DNA of 64,000 nt from assembly GCA_963816145.1 (NCBI GenBank), contig CAWFJP010000015.1, positions 128,001-192,000 on the forward strand. The letters run 5' to 3'. Below, in pieces: positions 20,337-31,288 of this stretch. This stretch comes from an uncultured delta proteobacterium. GTDB lineage: Bacteria; Desulfobacterota; Binatia; UBA9968. The position numbers and the translations under genes are program-made. How positions within the stretch are numbered: the stretch's first letter is position 1; each line of letters opens with the position of its first letter. The notes under the pieces are model-generated. The model did not search any database, was not told the origin of the DNA, and saw only the letters and a program-made list of their open reading frames with translations.

Positions 20337-21335
20337 ATGCACCGAAAATACTTAATTTTCTTCCTAGTACTCGCAGCGGCCCCGCTGGTGATCACGGCGC
20401 GGCTGTGGAGCAAAGATATAAACATCGCCTACTCGACTATCGGCGCCAACAACACGGTCGTCTGGGTCGCCCGCGACATGGGCCTTTTCAAAAAGCACGG
20501 CCTCGACGCCCAAGTGCTCTACGTCCAGGGCGGCGGTATCCTGATTCAGGGCATGCTCAACGGCAACATTCCGATTTCGATCACCAGCGGCTCCCAGGCG
20601 ATCGTCAGCAACCTGGCCGGGACCGACTTGGTATTGTTCTCGACGTTTCACTCCGCTGCCGGACCGCGCTATCTCGGCGTTGCCAAGGACATTCAGAATG
20701 CGGCCCAGCTCAAAGGCAAGAAGCTGGCGGTTTCCCGCTTCGGCAGTTCATCGGACTTTATTTTGCGTTTCGCCTTGCGCAAAGCCGGGCTCGATCCGGA
20801 GAAAGACGTTGCGATATTGCAAATCGGCAACTCACCGGACCGGCTGGCGGCCATGCGCAACGGGCAAATTTCCGGCACCATGCTCACGGTGGAAGATCGC
20901 TGGGCGGCCGAAAAGTTTGGCTTCCGCACGCTGCTCGATGTCTATGACTACGGCTTCGAAGCCCTGACCGTGTCTGCGATCGCGAGCAAGAAGTACCTAA
21001 CCGAGCAGCGAGACATGGCGCGGGCATTCATGCGCGGGCTGGTGGAAGCGATTCATTTCACCAAAACGCGTCCCGAAGAAACCAAGAAGATCATGGCGAA
21101 GAACACCCGTATCTCGGACCCCGGAATTCTCGATCAGGCCTATAAATTCATCGCCGCCGACTATCTGCAAAAGCCCTATCCGTCGATCAAAGGCATCCAG
21201 TTCACCTTGCAAGATCTCGATCGCACCCGGCCCGGCACCGCGGAATTGAACCCGCTGCGATTTGCCGATATGGAATTGGTAAAAGAGCTGGAGACCAATG
21301 GATTCATCGACCGGATCTTCGGCAAGAAATCCTGA
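20337..21335 (+). CDS. ABC substrate-binding protein, NMT1/SsuA-like
   Basis: GLFKKHGLD, LKGKKLAVSRFGSSSD. Confidence 0.85.
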   Translation: MHRKYLIFFLVLAAAPLVITARLWSKDINIAYSTIGANNTVVWVARDMGLFKKHGLDAQVLYVQGGGILIQGMLNGNIPISITSGSQAIVSNLAGTDLVLFSTFHSAAGPRYLGVAKDIQNAAQLKGKKLAVSRFGSSSDFILRFALRKAGLDPEKDVAILQIGNSPDRLAAMRNGQISGTMLTVEDRWAAEKFGFRTLLDVYDYGFEALTVSAIASKKYLTEQRDMARAFMRGLVEAIHFTKTRPEETKKIMAKNTRISDPGILDQAYKFIAADYLQKPYPSIKGIQFTLQDLDRTRPGTAELNPLRFADMELVKELETNGFIDRIFGKKS

Positions 21336-21352
21336 TAAACGAGGCAAACTCC

Positions 21353-22312
21353 ATGGCTAAACTGAAACTCACCATCGCATTCGACAAATACGACTATCTG
21401 CAACCGTTGCGCGACGGCAAGATCGAAGCTCAAGGGCTCGACTTGAACATCATCACGGTGGAAAGCGGCATCCGTCATGAACGGATGTTTCATTACGGCG
21501 AGTATGACGCCTGCGAGTTCTCCATGTCCTCATACCTGGTCGCGCGCGGCGGAGATATCGACCGCTTGCAAGCGATTCCGTTTTTCCCGCGGCGCATGTG
21601 GGCGCATAAGTTTTGCTTTATCAAAGCCGGCTCCGGCATCAAGAAGCCGACCGACCTCAATGGCGGGCGCATCGGCCTGCGCAGTTACGAGAATACTCTG
21701 GCGTTGGTCGCCAAAGGCATGTTGATGAACAGCTACGATCTCGGCGTCGGCGATGTCACTTGGGTGATCGTCAACAAGGAGCATGTCGGCTTCAACCCAC
21801 CGCCGCATATCAAAGTCGAATACGTCGAAGGCAATCGCAAGCTCGAAGATCTGCTGGTCGAAGGTAAGGTTGACGCCGAAGTCGAACCCGACCTGCCGCA
21901 GCGCTGGATTCGCGGCGAAGGCACCGTCGAGCGGCTGTTTCCGGAGTTCGAGAAAGAAGAACGCGCCTACTACAAAAAGACCGGCATCTTCCCGATCATG
22001 CATCCGGTGGTCATCAAGAAAGAAATCCTCGACCGCGATCCATGGGTGGCGACCAGCCTGTACGAAGCCCTGCTCGCGTCGCGCAAGGCCTACAACGAAT
22101 TCATGGAACAGCCGCACCGCTTGAGTTTCGCCTGGGGTCGCTCCTATCTGGAAGAAGAGCGAAAGTTTTTCGGCAAGGACCCGTTCTACCAGGGTCTGAA
22201 AGAAAACTATAACGACATCGAGAATTTGATCAAGTTCGCCGGCCAGCAAGGCATGCTCGGGCGGAATTTGAGCGTGGAAGAATTGTTTACCGAAAATACT
22301 AGAACGACTTAA
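21353..22312 (+). CDS. 4,5-dihydroxyphthalate decarboxylase-like protein (binding-protein fold)
   Basis: YDACEFSMSSY, IPFFPRR, TGIFPIMH. Confidence 0.75.
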   Translation: MAKLKLTIAFDKYDYLQPLRDGKIEAQGLDLNIITVESGIRHERMFHYGEYDACEFSMSSYLVARGGDIDRLQAIPFFPRRMWAHKFCFIKAGSGIKKPTDLNGGRIGLRSYENTLALVAKGMLMNSYDLGVGDVTWVIVNKEHVGFNPPPHIKVEYVEGNRKLEDLLVEGKVDAEVEPDLPQRWIRGEGTVERLFPEFEKEERAYYKKTGIFPIMHPVVIKKEILDRDPWVATSLYEALLASRKAYNEFMEQPHRLSFAWGRSYLEEERKFFGKDPFYQGLKENYNDIENLIKFAGQQGMLGRNLSVEELFTENTRTT

Positions 22313-22365
22313 CGTCGATTTTCGGCATGTTTGAAATCCGTCGCCTTTAGGCCAAGAGAAGATTT

Positions 22366-22451
22366 GTCATGCCGGCGTAGGCCGGCATCCATCTTCATTA
22401 CGTGTGCTGCAAGGCCAAAACAACCTGGATTCCGGCCTGCGCCGGAATGAC
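22366..22451. repeat. REP-like doublet
   Basis: gtcatgccggcgtaggccggcatcca ... tggattccggcctgcgccggaatgac. Confidence 0.85.
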
Positions 22452-22466
22452 GAACGGGAGGAGATT

Positions 22467-23561
22467 ATGGCTGATTACAGAATTATCGACGCCGACGGGC
22501 ATGTGATGGAGTTGGATTCCGAATTGCGCGAGTTTATCGGCGCGCCGTACAACGACCTTGAATGGCATCACAGCTATTCATTTTGGCCCGGTCTGACGAT
22601 GGACGGCTTCCTACGCTCGCTGCGCAAAAAAGGCGGCTGGGCCGGCGGCGGCACCGGGCCCAACGCTCAAGATTGGCTTCGCTTCCTCGACATCAATAAG
22701 ATCGAGATGACAGTGCTGTATCCGACCCAGGGGTTGACCCATGGCGCGATTCAAGATCACGACTGGGCGATCTGCATGGCGAGGGCCTACAATGATTGGC
22801 TTTACAATAAGTTCATGGCGGTGAGCCCGCGCCTGGTCGGTGTCGCCCTCTTGCCGATTCAAGACATCGGCGAAGCCGTCAAGGAACTGCGCCGCGCGGT
22901 TACGGAACTGGGCATGGTCGGCGCGGTTTTGCCGGCGGTAGCGCCCGGCGGGCGGCTCTACAGCGGCCCGGAGTTCTATCCGCTCTGGGAAGAGGCGCAG
23001 AAGCTCGACGTGCCGGTGTCAACGCATGGCGGCCTGAGCATGCCAGCGCTCGGCTTGGATTCCGTCAATAACTTTACCGTTGGTCATACGCTGGAGCATC
23101 CGTTCGCGCAGATTCGCCAATTCACCGCCTTGATGTTCGAAGGCGTGTTTGAACTTTTCCCCAATTTCAAATTCGGCTGCATCGAGTGCGGCGTCGGCTG
23201 GGTGCCCTACATGATGGACCGCATGGACGAAGAACAGGAACGCAAAGGCCACTACTCGCCGCGCTGCAAGTTGAAACCCAGCGAGTACGTCAAGAAAGGC
23301 AACATCTACTTCGCCGTCGAAGTCGAGGAGTCGGCCTTGCCGCTGGCCGCCCAGGTGGCCAACGACAACGCCTTAATCTGGGCCTCGGACTACCCCCACG
23401 AACGCGACCAACGCGATTTCAGCCATGACATTCCCAACTTGATCAATCGCAAGGACATTAGCGATGAGCTGAAGCGCAAGATCTTCTGGGACAACCCGCT
23501 GCGCTTTTATCCGCGCCTGAAAGCTCGCGTAGACAAGACCGACAAGCGAGCCGTAGCTTAA
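22467..23561 (+). CDS. Amidohydrolase family protein
   Basis: IIDADGH, STHG, WASDYPH. Confidence 0.88.
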   Translation: MADYRIIDADGHVMELDSELREFIGAPYNDLEWHHSYSFWPGLTMDGFLRSLRKKGGWAGGGTGPNAQDWLRFLDINKIEMTVLYPTQGLTHGAIQDHDWAICMARAYNDWLYNKFMAVSPRLVGVALLPIQDIGEAVKELRRAVTELGMVGAVLPAVAPGGRLYSGPEFYPLWEEAQKLDVPVSTHGGLSMPALGLDSVNNFTVGHTLEHPFAQIRQFTALMFEGVFELFPNFKFGCIECGVGWVPYMMDRMDEEQERKGHYSPRCKLKPSEYVKKGNIYFAVEVEESALPLAAQVANDNALIWASDYPHERDQRDFSHDIPNLINRKDISDELKRKIFWDNPLRFYPRLKARVDKTDKRAVA

Positions 23562-23577
23562 TTAGTAATAGTTTTTC

Positions 23578-23658
23578 TCACCGCGAAGGCACGAAGGACA
23601 CGAAGGTTTCGGAGGATTAGATTTCCGAACTTCGTGGCACTTCGTGCCTTCGTGGTGA
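23578..23658. repeat. Hairpin with arms of CACGAAG units (same family as 1340-1420)
   Basis: caccgcgaaggcacgaaggacacgaag ... cttcgtggcacttcgtgccttcgtggtg. Confidence 0.85.
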
Positions 23659-23670
23659 AGGGTCTTATCC

Positions 23671-26600
23671 TCAATGGAAATCCCGGCTCGGCACATTCGC
23701 GGGTTTCAATTCTACGCTCGGTTTCCATAAGCTCTCCGCCACTAGATGCACCACGCCATCTTCGACTTGCAGTTTGCCGGTGATGCCGAGAAAGCTCACC
23801 GTCTTCGCCAGCACCGCGTAGCGTTGGAAAACGCTTTCCCAGATCACCACGTTGACGAAACCGGTTTCGTCCTCCAGTGTCATGAACACCACGCCGCCGG
23901 CGGTGCCCGGCCGCTGCCGGCAGATCACCAAGCCGGCGTAACGAATGGTTGCACCGTTTTGCATCGTCGCCACAGTGCTCGCATCGGGCATACCCTGGCG
24001 GATTAAATCCCGGCGCAGCGGTTCCAGCGGATGGCGCCGCGCGCTGTGCGCTGTCCGCCGGTAGTCCCAACCGACTTCTTCGAAGTCGCTCAAGGGATCA
24101 AATCCAGGATTGGCGCTCCTGCACCGACATCGTCAGCGATTGATCGCGCGTCTGAACCAATCGGCGCACCTCCCACAAAGCGCTGCGCCGCGCTACGGCC
24201 AAACTGTCAAACGCCCCCGCTTCCGCCAGCGCGCTCAAGCTTCCCTTCGTCGAGTCGAGTACGCCGGACGAAATCTTCCAACGAGACGAACGGCTTTCGC
24301 CCGCCGCGCCGCTTCGACATTCCGCCAGTCAGCTTCACCCAAACTTTTGACATAGCGCAGCCCCATGCGGAGGGCGAAGCCGCCGGCACTTTCATGGCAA
24401 CACTCCAGCGTACAATCCCAGTCACTGGTTTGGACATCGATGGAGCGAACCACGACGCGATGGCGCTTGGCGTCTTCGACGATGGTCGCGGGCGTGTAAA
24501 AACCCATCGGCTGGGCGTTGAGCAACGAACAGGAATATTCGGCGTGATAGTGGCACTTGAGCCAGGCGGTCGCATAGGCGATCAATGCGAAACTCGCCGC
24601 ATGGCTTTCCGGAAAACCGTATTCTCCGAAGCCGCGGATCTGTTCGAAAACCCGTTCGGCGAATTCTATCGCGATGCCCTTAGCCTGCATGCGCGTGATC
24701 AAGCGTTCGCGGTGACGCTCCATCCTGCCGGTGCGATGCCACGCCGCCATATCGCGGCGCAGCTGATCCGCTTCGCCGGGCGTGTAATCCGCGGCGATCA
24801 TCGCCAAGCGCATCACTTGTTCTTGAAACAACGGCACGCCGAGAGTTTTTTCCAGTACCGGTTTCAACGATGGATGGGGAAATTCCACATCTTCCTTACC
24901 TTGGCGCCGGCGCAAATAGGGATGCACCATGCCGCCGGTGATCGGCCCCGGTCGCACGATACTGATCTCGATGACCAGATCGTAGAAATTTTTCGGCCGC
25001 AGCCGCGGCAACATCGCCATCTGCGCCCGGCTTTCGATCTGAAACACGCCCACCGTGTCGCCTTTGCAGATCATGTCGAAGGTCGCGACATCACGGGGCG
25101 GAATCAGCGCCATCGACAGCTCGACGCCGCGCTGTTGGCGCAAGAGTTTAAAGCAAAGATCGAGCTGGGTGAGCCCGCCCAGACCGAGCAGGTCGACTTT
25201 AAACAGGCCGAGATTCTCGACGTCCTCTTTGTCCCACTGGATCACCGTGCGCTCGGCCATGGTCGCATTCTCGATGGGCACCATGTCATGCACCGGTTCA
25301 TGGCCGAGGAGAAATCCGCCGGGATGAATCGACAGGTGGCGCGGAAAATCCAAAATCTCGTTGGCGAGCTGGAGCAAATGCTCATGCAGTCCGGCGGCCG
25401 GATCGACACCCAACGCCGCCAGCACTTCCGGCCGGACGTTTTCATAGGACGACAGAAACTTCGCCACGCGGTCGAGCGCCGTCTCGGAAATCCCCAAAGC
25501 CTTGCCGACATCGCGCAGCGCCGAGCGCGACCGGTAACGCACCACGTTGGCGACCATGGCGGCACGGTCGCGGCCATACTTTTGATAAACATGCTGGATC
25601 ACTTCCTCGCGCCGGCCATGCTGAATGTCCAGATCGATATCCGGCGGCTCGGCGCGCTCCATGGAAATGAAACGCTCGAAGAGCAGTCCCATTCGCACCG
25701 GATCGATGGCGGTGATGCCGAGACAGTAACAGACGACGGAATTCGCCGCCGAGCCGCGTCCCTGGCAAAGGATATCGTTGGCCCTGCAGAACTCGACGAT
25801 CTCCCACATGGTCAGGAAGTAGCCGGGATAATCGAGGGCCTCGATGATCTCCAGCTCTTTTTCCAATAGCGCGGCAACCGTTTCAGGAATGAGCTCGCCG
25901 TAACGTCCGCGCGCGCCGCGGAACACATGGCGGCGCAGCCACTGCGCCGAAGTCGCGCCGCCGGGCAGCTTTTCCGAGGGATAGCGGTAACGAATCTCCG
26001 CAAGCGAGAAGTTACAGCGTTCGGCAATCTCGATGGTCCTGTCCACGGCGGCGGGATCGTCGGCGAACAGCCGGGCAAAAGCATAGGGCGCTTTCAACCC
26101 GAACTCGGCATTGGGCTTTAATTTCCGGCCGCAGGCGCCAACCGCAACGCCATGGCGAATCGCCGTCAGGACATCCTGCAAACGCCGCCGCGACGGATTG
26201 TGATAAAGCACTTCGTTGGCGGCGACCAAGGGAATGCCAAAGCGCCGCGCTCTTTCGCGCAAACAGATTTCCTGGGCGACTTCCTGCTCGCAGCGATGGC
26301 GCGCGATCATGCCATACAACCGATCCCCAAAAGCATCGCGCAGGTTTCCGGCAACCTGATCCACATCCGTCTTGCTGTCAGCTAAAACAGTCCTGGCCAT
26401 CCCTCCGTCATTCCGGCGAAAGCCGGAATCCAGGTTGGTCTTTCTTGATCCGCTAGAAACCGCCTGGATTCCCGTTTTCACTGGAATGACGGACATCATC
26501 TCCCCACTCCATAGCGCTATCATTCGCGGCGCATGCGCACATACTTCATCCCAACCGACAGCGCTCTCCCCTTTCTCCGACCGCCGCCGCCCTTTAGTGA

Positions 26601-26889
26601 TGAGCTGGCAAAGGTTGGCGTAGCCGCAGCGATCCTGAGCCAACAGAACGATTGTCGAGCCGTCGTCGACCGAGATCTCCGAACCGATGATCAGCCTCAG
26701 CCCGACTTCCCGGGCCTTCATATGCGCCCGCACCACGCCGTAAACCCCATCCCGGTCGGTCAAAGCCAACGCCGGCAAGCCGAGGCGAACCGCTTCCTCC
26801 ACCAACTCGTCCGGATGGCTCGCGCCTTCGAGAAACGAAAAATTACTTTTGCACCAGAGGGGAACGTAGGCGGACATAGGCGGAAACAA
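23671..26889 (-). CDS. dnaE2: Error-prone DNA polymerase DnaE2/ImuC; three +1 frameshifts at ~24110-24300 as assembled
   Basis: [46 protein letters not shown]-terminal SRDFH typical of DnaE2. Confidence 0.92.
26404..26493. repeat. REP-like doublet inserted in frame in dnaE2
   Basis: tccgtcattccggcgaaagccggaatcca ... tggattcccgttttcactggaatgacgga; translates to VIPVKTGIQ...[10 protein letters not shown]. Confidence 0.85.
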
Positions 26890-26939
26890 TCCTACAAGAA
26901 GATCGAGACAGAGATAGAGACGAGTGGAAAGACCGTCAA

Positions 26940-27539
26940 TTACTTATGTGGAATAGACTGCAATTGCCGATCATGCAGCTTGGCCAAGAATAGTAGCGCG
27001 AGACAAGCTCCCAGCAGCGCCATCGCCATGTCGGATTGGGTGTCCCACATATAGCCCTGGGTGCCGAGAAAGCTCTCGGCGGAATCGCCGGTCGCCGCCG
27101 CAACGCCCCATTCGAACAATTCGTACAGCGCGCTGAACGCCAAGCAGATCGATATCACAAACAGGTTCAGCCAGGCGCGGCCGTTCACAACGCCATGCCG
27201 CATCAAGACTTCGCGCGCGACGATCGCCGGCACGAAGCCCTGGGCGAAGTGGCCGATCTTGTCGTAATTGTTTCTTTGCCAGCCGAAAAAGTCGCGGACA
27301 AACTTAAAGGTCTCGACTTCGGCGTAGGTATAATGCGCGCCGAGAAAAAGAATCAGGCAATGCATCAGTATCAGCGCGTAAGCCAGAGTCGTTAACCGAA
27401 AGCGTGTGTAGGTCGCGGCAAGAATGACGAAGACGATCAGCGCCGGCAGCGCTTCGAGAAACCAGGTGAAGTAATCCTGCGGCTGGATCGCCGACCAAAC
27501 TAGAGCGCCCCCATAAGCGGCAAGCCAGAGAAGTTTCAT
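26940..27539 (-). CDS. DUF2238/YjdF-like membrane protein
   Basis: [34 protein letters not shown]. Confidence 0.85.
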   Translation of the reverse strand: MKLLWLAAYGGALVWSAIQPQDYFTWFLEALPALIVFVILAATYTRFRLTTLAYALILMHCLILFLGAHYTYAEVETFKFVRDFFGWQRNNYDKIGHFAQGFVPAIVAREVLMRHGVVNGRAWLNLFVISICLAFSALYELFEWGVAAATGDSAESFLGTQGYMWDTQSDMAMALLGACLALLFLAKLHDRQLQSIPHK

Positions 27540-28144
27540 CGCCTCGATGATGGTCCGTGCTCGGCGATGATCGGTTTACGGCGAAAACAACCCTCGACGT
27601 GATCGTTGACCATGCCAGTGGCTTGCATGTGGGCGTAGATGATCGTCGGGCCGACGAACTTGAAACCGCGCTGCTTCAAATCTTTGCTCAAAGCGTCCGA
27701 CTCCCGGCTGGAGGCCGGGTAATCTTTCAGCGTTTTGAGACGATTGACGATCGGCTTACCGTCGACGAAGCGCCAGATGTAGGCGTCGAAGCTGCCGAAC
27801 TCGTTTTGAACCTGTAAAAATTTACCAGCGTTGTTGACGGCGGCAGCGATCTTCAACCGGTTGCGAATGATGCCGGGATTTTTCAGCAACGCCTCGATCT
27901 GCTTCTTGCCGAAGCGCGCAACTTTCTGCGGATCGAAACCGGCAAAGGCGTCGCGGTAAGAATCACGCTTGCGCAGCACCGTATACCAGCTCAGCCCCGC
28001 CTGCGCCGCTTCAAGAGTAAGAAACTCGAAGATCGCACGATCGTCATGCACTGGCACGCCCCATTCGCGGTCGTGATACGCGACATAGTCCGGCTTGGTC
28101 ATGTCGACCCACGGGCAGCGGTTTTTGTTGTCAAAGCCTTGCAT
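27536..28144 (-). CDS. tag: DNA-3-methyladenine glycosylase I
   Basis: YHDREWG, QAGLSW, IIRNRLKI, GMVNDH. Confidence 0.95.
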   Translation of the reverse strand: MQGFDNKNRCPWVDMTKPDYVAYHDREWGVPVHDDRAIFEFLTLEAAQAGLSWYTVLRKRDSYRDAFAGFDPQKVARFGKKQIEALLKNPGIIRNRLKIAAAVNNAGKFLQVQNEFGSFDAYIWRFVDGKPIVNRLKTLKDYPASSRESDALSKDLKQRGFKFVGPTIIYAHMQATGMVNDHVEGCFRRKPIIAEHGPSSRR

Positions 28145-28255
28145 AAAGAAGAATATTAACCACGAAAAACACGAAGTTTAATATACCTCATGTCCGAGAT
28201 TTTCATACGACATAGTTGACAATTTGTGCGGCTTCCGCAAATTCTCGGAAGATGT

Positions 28256-28360
28256 ACCACAGAGGGCGCAGAGGACACAGAGAAAAAGACAGAAAGATGT
28301 TGTTAATAATTTTCCGAAAATTCTTTCTTCCCTCTGCGATCTCTGCGTACTCTGCGGTGA
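28256..28360. repeat. Hairpin with arms of 9-bp CAGAG units
   Basis: accacagagggcgcagaggacacagag ... ctctgcgatctctgcgtactctgcggtga. Confidence 0.8.
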
Positions 28361-28414
28361 ACATTCCGAATCTTTGGTTGCGGCTCTACCGCGCTGGGTT
28401 TTTCGTGGCTCATC

Positions 28415-28966
28415 TTAATCATTCGGTTTCGGAAACCGGCGGTAGAGCCGCACGATCCACCAGATGAGCGCCAAGGCGAAGCCGAAAAGAACCGCCGAGA
28501 AGGCCGACACCGGCAGCGCCGGCGGCTGGATGTGATTGGCTTTGAGAATGACGTAGTGCATGCCGAGCATCATCATAACGATCAAACAGCCGAGACGCTT
28601 GCCGTGGGCCGACAAGTAGCGCAGCGACTCTTCACGGCGCGCCGGCGCCAACCAGTAATCACGGTTCGGCACGTTGGTCCAATGGGGAAACTTGCGCGGC
28701 AAGGTGCCGACCATGAAGCTGACAAAACTAGAAATGCCGATCAGAAACGCCAGCATGAACAGCAGATATCCCTCACGGCTCATCCAGCCGTTGGCCCGGT
28801 TATCGCCGCCAAAATGGGTCGCCACTAGGTCCGGCAGATAACGCGTCGTGTAAATAACAAACACAACGGCAAACACCGCCAGGCAGATCAAGGTAACCAA
28901 GGCGCCTGAACCGTCGTCGCGCCGCACGCTAGTCTCCCTGCTGATACCAGCCATATCGCTTGCCAT
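28415..28966 (-). CDS. DUF1648-like membrane protein
   Basis: LPDLVATHFG..ANGWMSR. Confidence 0.7.
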   Translation of the reverse strand: MASDMAGISRETSVRRDDGSGALVTLICLAVFAVVFVIYTTRYLPDLVATHFGGDNRANGWMSREGYLLFMLAFLIGISSFVSFMVGTLPRKFPHWTNVPNRDYWLAPARREESLRYLSAHGKRLGCLIVMMMLGMHYVILKANHIQPPALPVSAFSAVLFGFALALIWWIVRLYRRFPKPND

Positions 28967-29213
28967 CCCAATAGATTAACGCGCGACAGCCGCGGTCTTG
29001 ATGACCAGGATCGCGTCGCTGCAGAACTTTTGAAGGTATACTCGCCACCCTTGGCCATCTATCTCAACAGCGACGGACCGTCGAGTCGGGCAACGCCAGA
29101 CACACCACAAGCAGCGCCCAGAAGTAGAATTTATGGACAATCAATGGCGAGGAGAAATCGAATCGCCGGCCAAAGACCGACCAGCGATCCTATGAATTTC
29201 GCGAGCAGATTTA

Positions 29214-29714
29214 TCAGCCCAGGCTGCGCGCCAAAGCATCCAAGCCTTCGGCGACGGAATTTTCGGAATCCGGCGTCACCTGCCCCTTCGGTGTCAGTTG
29301 ATTGATCAACTCGGGCAGCACCTGCGACATCGCCGAGCCCGCTTGATCTTGGGACATGCCGAGCTTCGAGGCGATATCGCTCAACGACCCGGAGCCGAAC
29401 ACCTGCTCCAACTGATTCGGTGAGATATTCATGTTCTGCCCGCTGCCGACCCAGGAGTCGGCTTGGGCGCCCATGCCGGCTTCGCGGAACTTGCCCAGCA
29501 CGCCGCCAAGCCCCCCCTGTTGCTGAAGCATCGAAAGCGCGAGCTGCAATAAAATATTTCCCGTGCCACTGCTGCTACCAGCGCTGCTGCCGCCGGTGAG
29601 TCCGCCGAGAATGGCACTCAACGGATCTTGCGCCTGTTGATCTTGTGACTGTTGGCGATTGCCACCCAGTGCGGCGCCCAGCACATTGCCCAAAATGCCG
29701 TCTAATAGTCCCAT
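29214..29714 (-). CDS. YidB/DUF937 family protein
   Basis: MGLLDGILG, ADSWVGSGQN, LPELINQLTP. Confidence 0.85.
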   Translation of the reverse strand: MGLLDGILGNVLGAALGGNRQQSQDQQAQDPLSAILGGLTGGSSAGSSSGTGNILLQLALSMLQQQGGLGGVLGKFREAGMGAQADSWVGSGQNMNISPNQLEQVFGSGSLSDIASKLGMSQDQAGSAMSQVLPELINQLTPKGQVTPDSENSVAEGLDALARSLG

Positions 29715-29898
29715 GCGAGTCTCCTTTTATGCTGAGGTGAAGTTAGCAATCCACACACCCAGATACTATCCCAACCGAGAACATGGCTACAAGAGAGCAA
29801 AGTCCGATGACGGCGTAACTGCGCCGGGTCGGATTCGGACTCTAAAACGAAACAGCCCTTGCCCTGCATTTTTACCCGATGCCCTGAAGCACGCGATA

Positions 29899-30318
29899 CT
29901 ATTTTATGTAATACCCAGCGGCCTTCCACTTGCCGTCTTTTTCTTGCATGAAGGTCACGGTTTCGACCGCGTTCTTTTTATTTGCGAAACTAGAGTCGAA
30001 CTGCATGACCACGTAGTTGCCATCCGGCGCGCCCGGCAGCGACGTGGCGCTTTGCGCTTTGGTGAGCTTACGCGACAATAGCTTGCCCAAAGGTTTGCGC
30101 GCGCCAGCCAACGCATCCTGCCAACCCTTCTCGCTCACCGCACCCTTAAAATATGCCGAGGCATCCCTCCAACTATTGGTGTAACTCCCCGCATCGATCT
30201 GGCTCAACCATGCCGGCGCCGCCGCCGTGGCGGCCTTTTCGGCAGCTTCGTCGGCGTAGGTTGGGAAAATGTTCCAGCCCAACAGTAAAATCAGCGCAAT
30301 GAGAATAGTTCTGTTCAT
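29899..30318 (-). CDS. DUF4019-like secreted protein
   Basis: SLPGAPDGNYVV, GKWKAAGYYIK. Confidence 0.8.
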   Translation of the reverse strand: MNRTILIALILLLGWNIFPTYADEAAEKAATAAAPAWLSQIDAGSYTNSWRDASAYFKGAVSEKGWQDALAGARKPLGKLLSRKLTKAQSATSLPGAPDGNYVVMQFDSSFANKKNAVETVTFMQEKDGKWKAAGYYIK

Positions 30319-30351
30319 GTTCCTCCTGGATGTTTTCTTATCGTAAACAGT

Positions 30352-30792
30352 TTATCGCTTAATACCGAGAAGCACCACGCCGGCAGCGACGAGAAATATT
30401 CCAAACCAATCTTTAGGTACCGGCCGCTCGCCGAGAAATATCACTGCAAAAATGGCGACCAGGACGACGCTCAATTTGTCGACCGGCGCAACCTTGGCCG
30501 CCTCGCCCATTTGCAACGCGCGAAAATAACATAACCAGGACGCCCCGGTGGCCAGGCCGGACAACGTGAGAAAGTTCCAATTCTTGGCGCTCAAAGACGA
30601 TAGCTCGCGCCACTTGCCGGCGTAGTAGACAAATCCAGTAATTGCCAGCAGGATGATCGCTGTCCTAATCAACGTCGCGAAGTCGGAATCGACTCCTTCG
30701 AGGCCGATCTTGGCGAAGATCGCGGTCAAGGACGCGAACGCCGCCGACAGCAGCGCCCAGTAAAACCATGACTGCACAGATGCTCCCAACAT
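30352..30792 (-). CDS. EamA family transporter
   Basis: SGLATGASWLCYFRAL, VAPVDKLS. Confidence 0.88.
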   Translation of the reverse strand: MLGASVQSWFYWALLSAAFASLTAIFAKIGLEGVDSDFATLIRTAIILLAITGFVYYAGKWRELSSLSAKNWNFLTLSGLATGASWLCYFRALQMGEAAKVAPVDKLSVVLVAIFAVIFLGERPVPKDWFGIFLVAAGVVLLGIKR

Positions 30793-31208
30793 TATTTGGA
30801 TCCTTCCGGTTTGCGCCGCGCTTTTCGTTCGAGGCCTTCTAAATGCACGCGCCGCGACTCAGCGCTCTGCTCCCGCTTCTTGCGCCGGCACAGCCGGCAG
30901 CGAACCGCGGTTGTGTAAACAAACCCCTTAGCTACTTCATACCACCACTTCTGCTGCGTGCCGGTCCACACTTCTTCCTTGCCGCAATCAACACAACGAA
31001 ACGGCCGATCGACATAATACCCGCGATAAACAAAATCCGGCGCGCCGTAACTGTTGTTCGGCGCCAACAACGCCTCGTTCACCGGCGGACCCAGCACGGG
31101 ACGAAGCCAGAGTTCCTGTCGTTTGTTGCTGGACTGAATCTTGGCGCTTTGCTGTTTTCTTTTGGCCTTAATCTCAGTACGTTTTTGTTTGCCGCTTTTC
31201 ATTTTCAC
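30792..31208 (-). CDS. Zinc-ribbon domain protein
   Basis: FRCVDCG..WT..QQKWWYE...RCRLCR. Confidence 0.75.
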   Translation of the reverse strand: MKMKSGKQKRTEIKAKRKQQSAKIQSSNKRQELWLRPVLGPPVNEALLAPNNSYGAPDFVYRGYYVDRPFRCVDCGKEEVWTGTQQKWWYEVAKGFVYTTAVRCRLCRRKKREQSAESRRVHLEGLERKARRKPEGSK

Positions 31209-31288
31209 TTGGCGGGCTCAATCTTGGTCTCGGTGATCCAAAAGCCGCGCGCCGCCCCAACAAGGCGCGAATAGCATGACAGCTAAGA

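Noticed and set aside
24100-24310. Programmed ribosomal frameshifting in dnaE2
   Set aside because: Three successive shifts without slippery heptamers; indel error or decay is more parsimonious
24031-25869. 612-aa plus-strand ORF
   Set aside because: Antisense shadow of dnaE2 in GC-rich DNA, with no recognisable motifs
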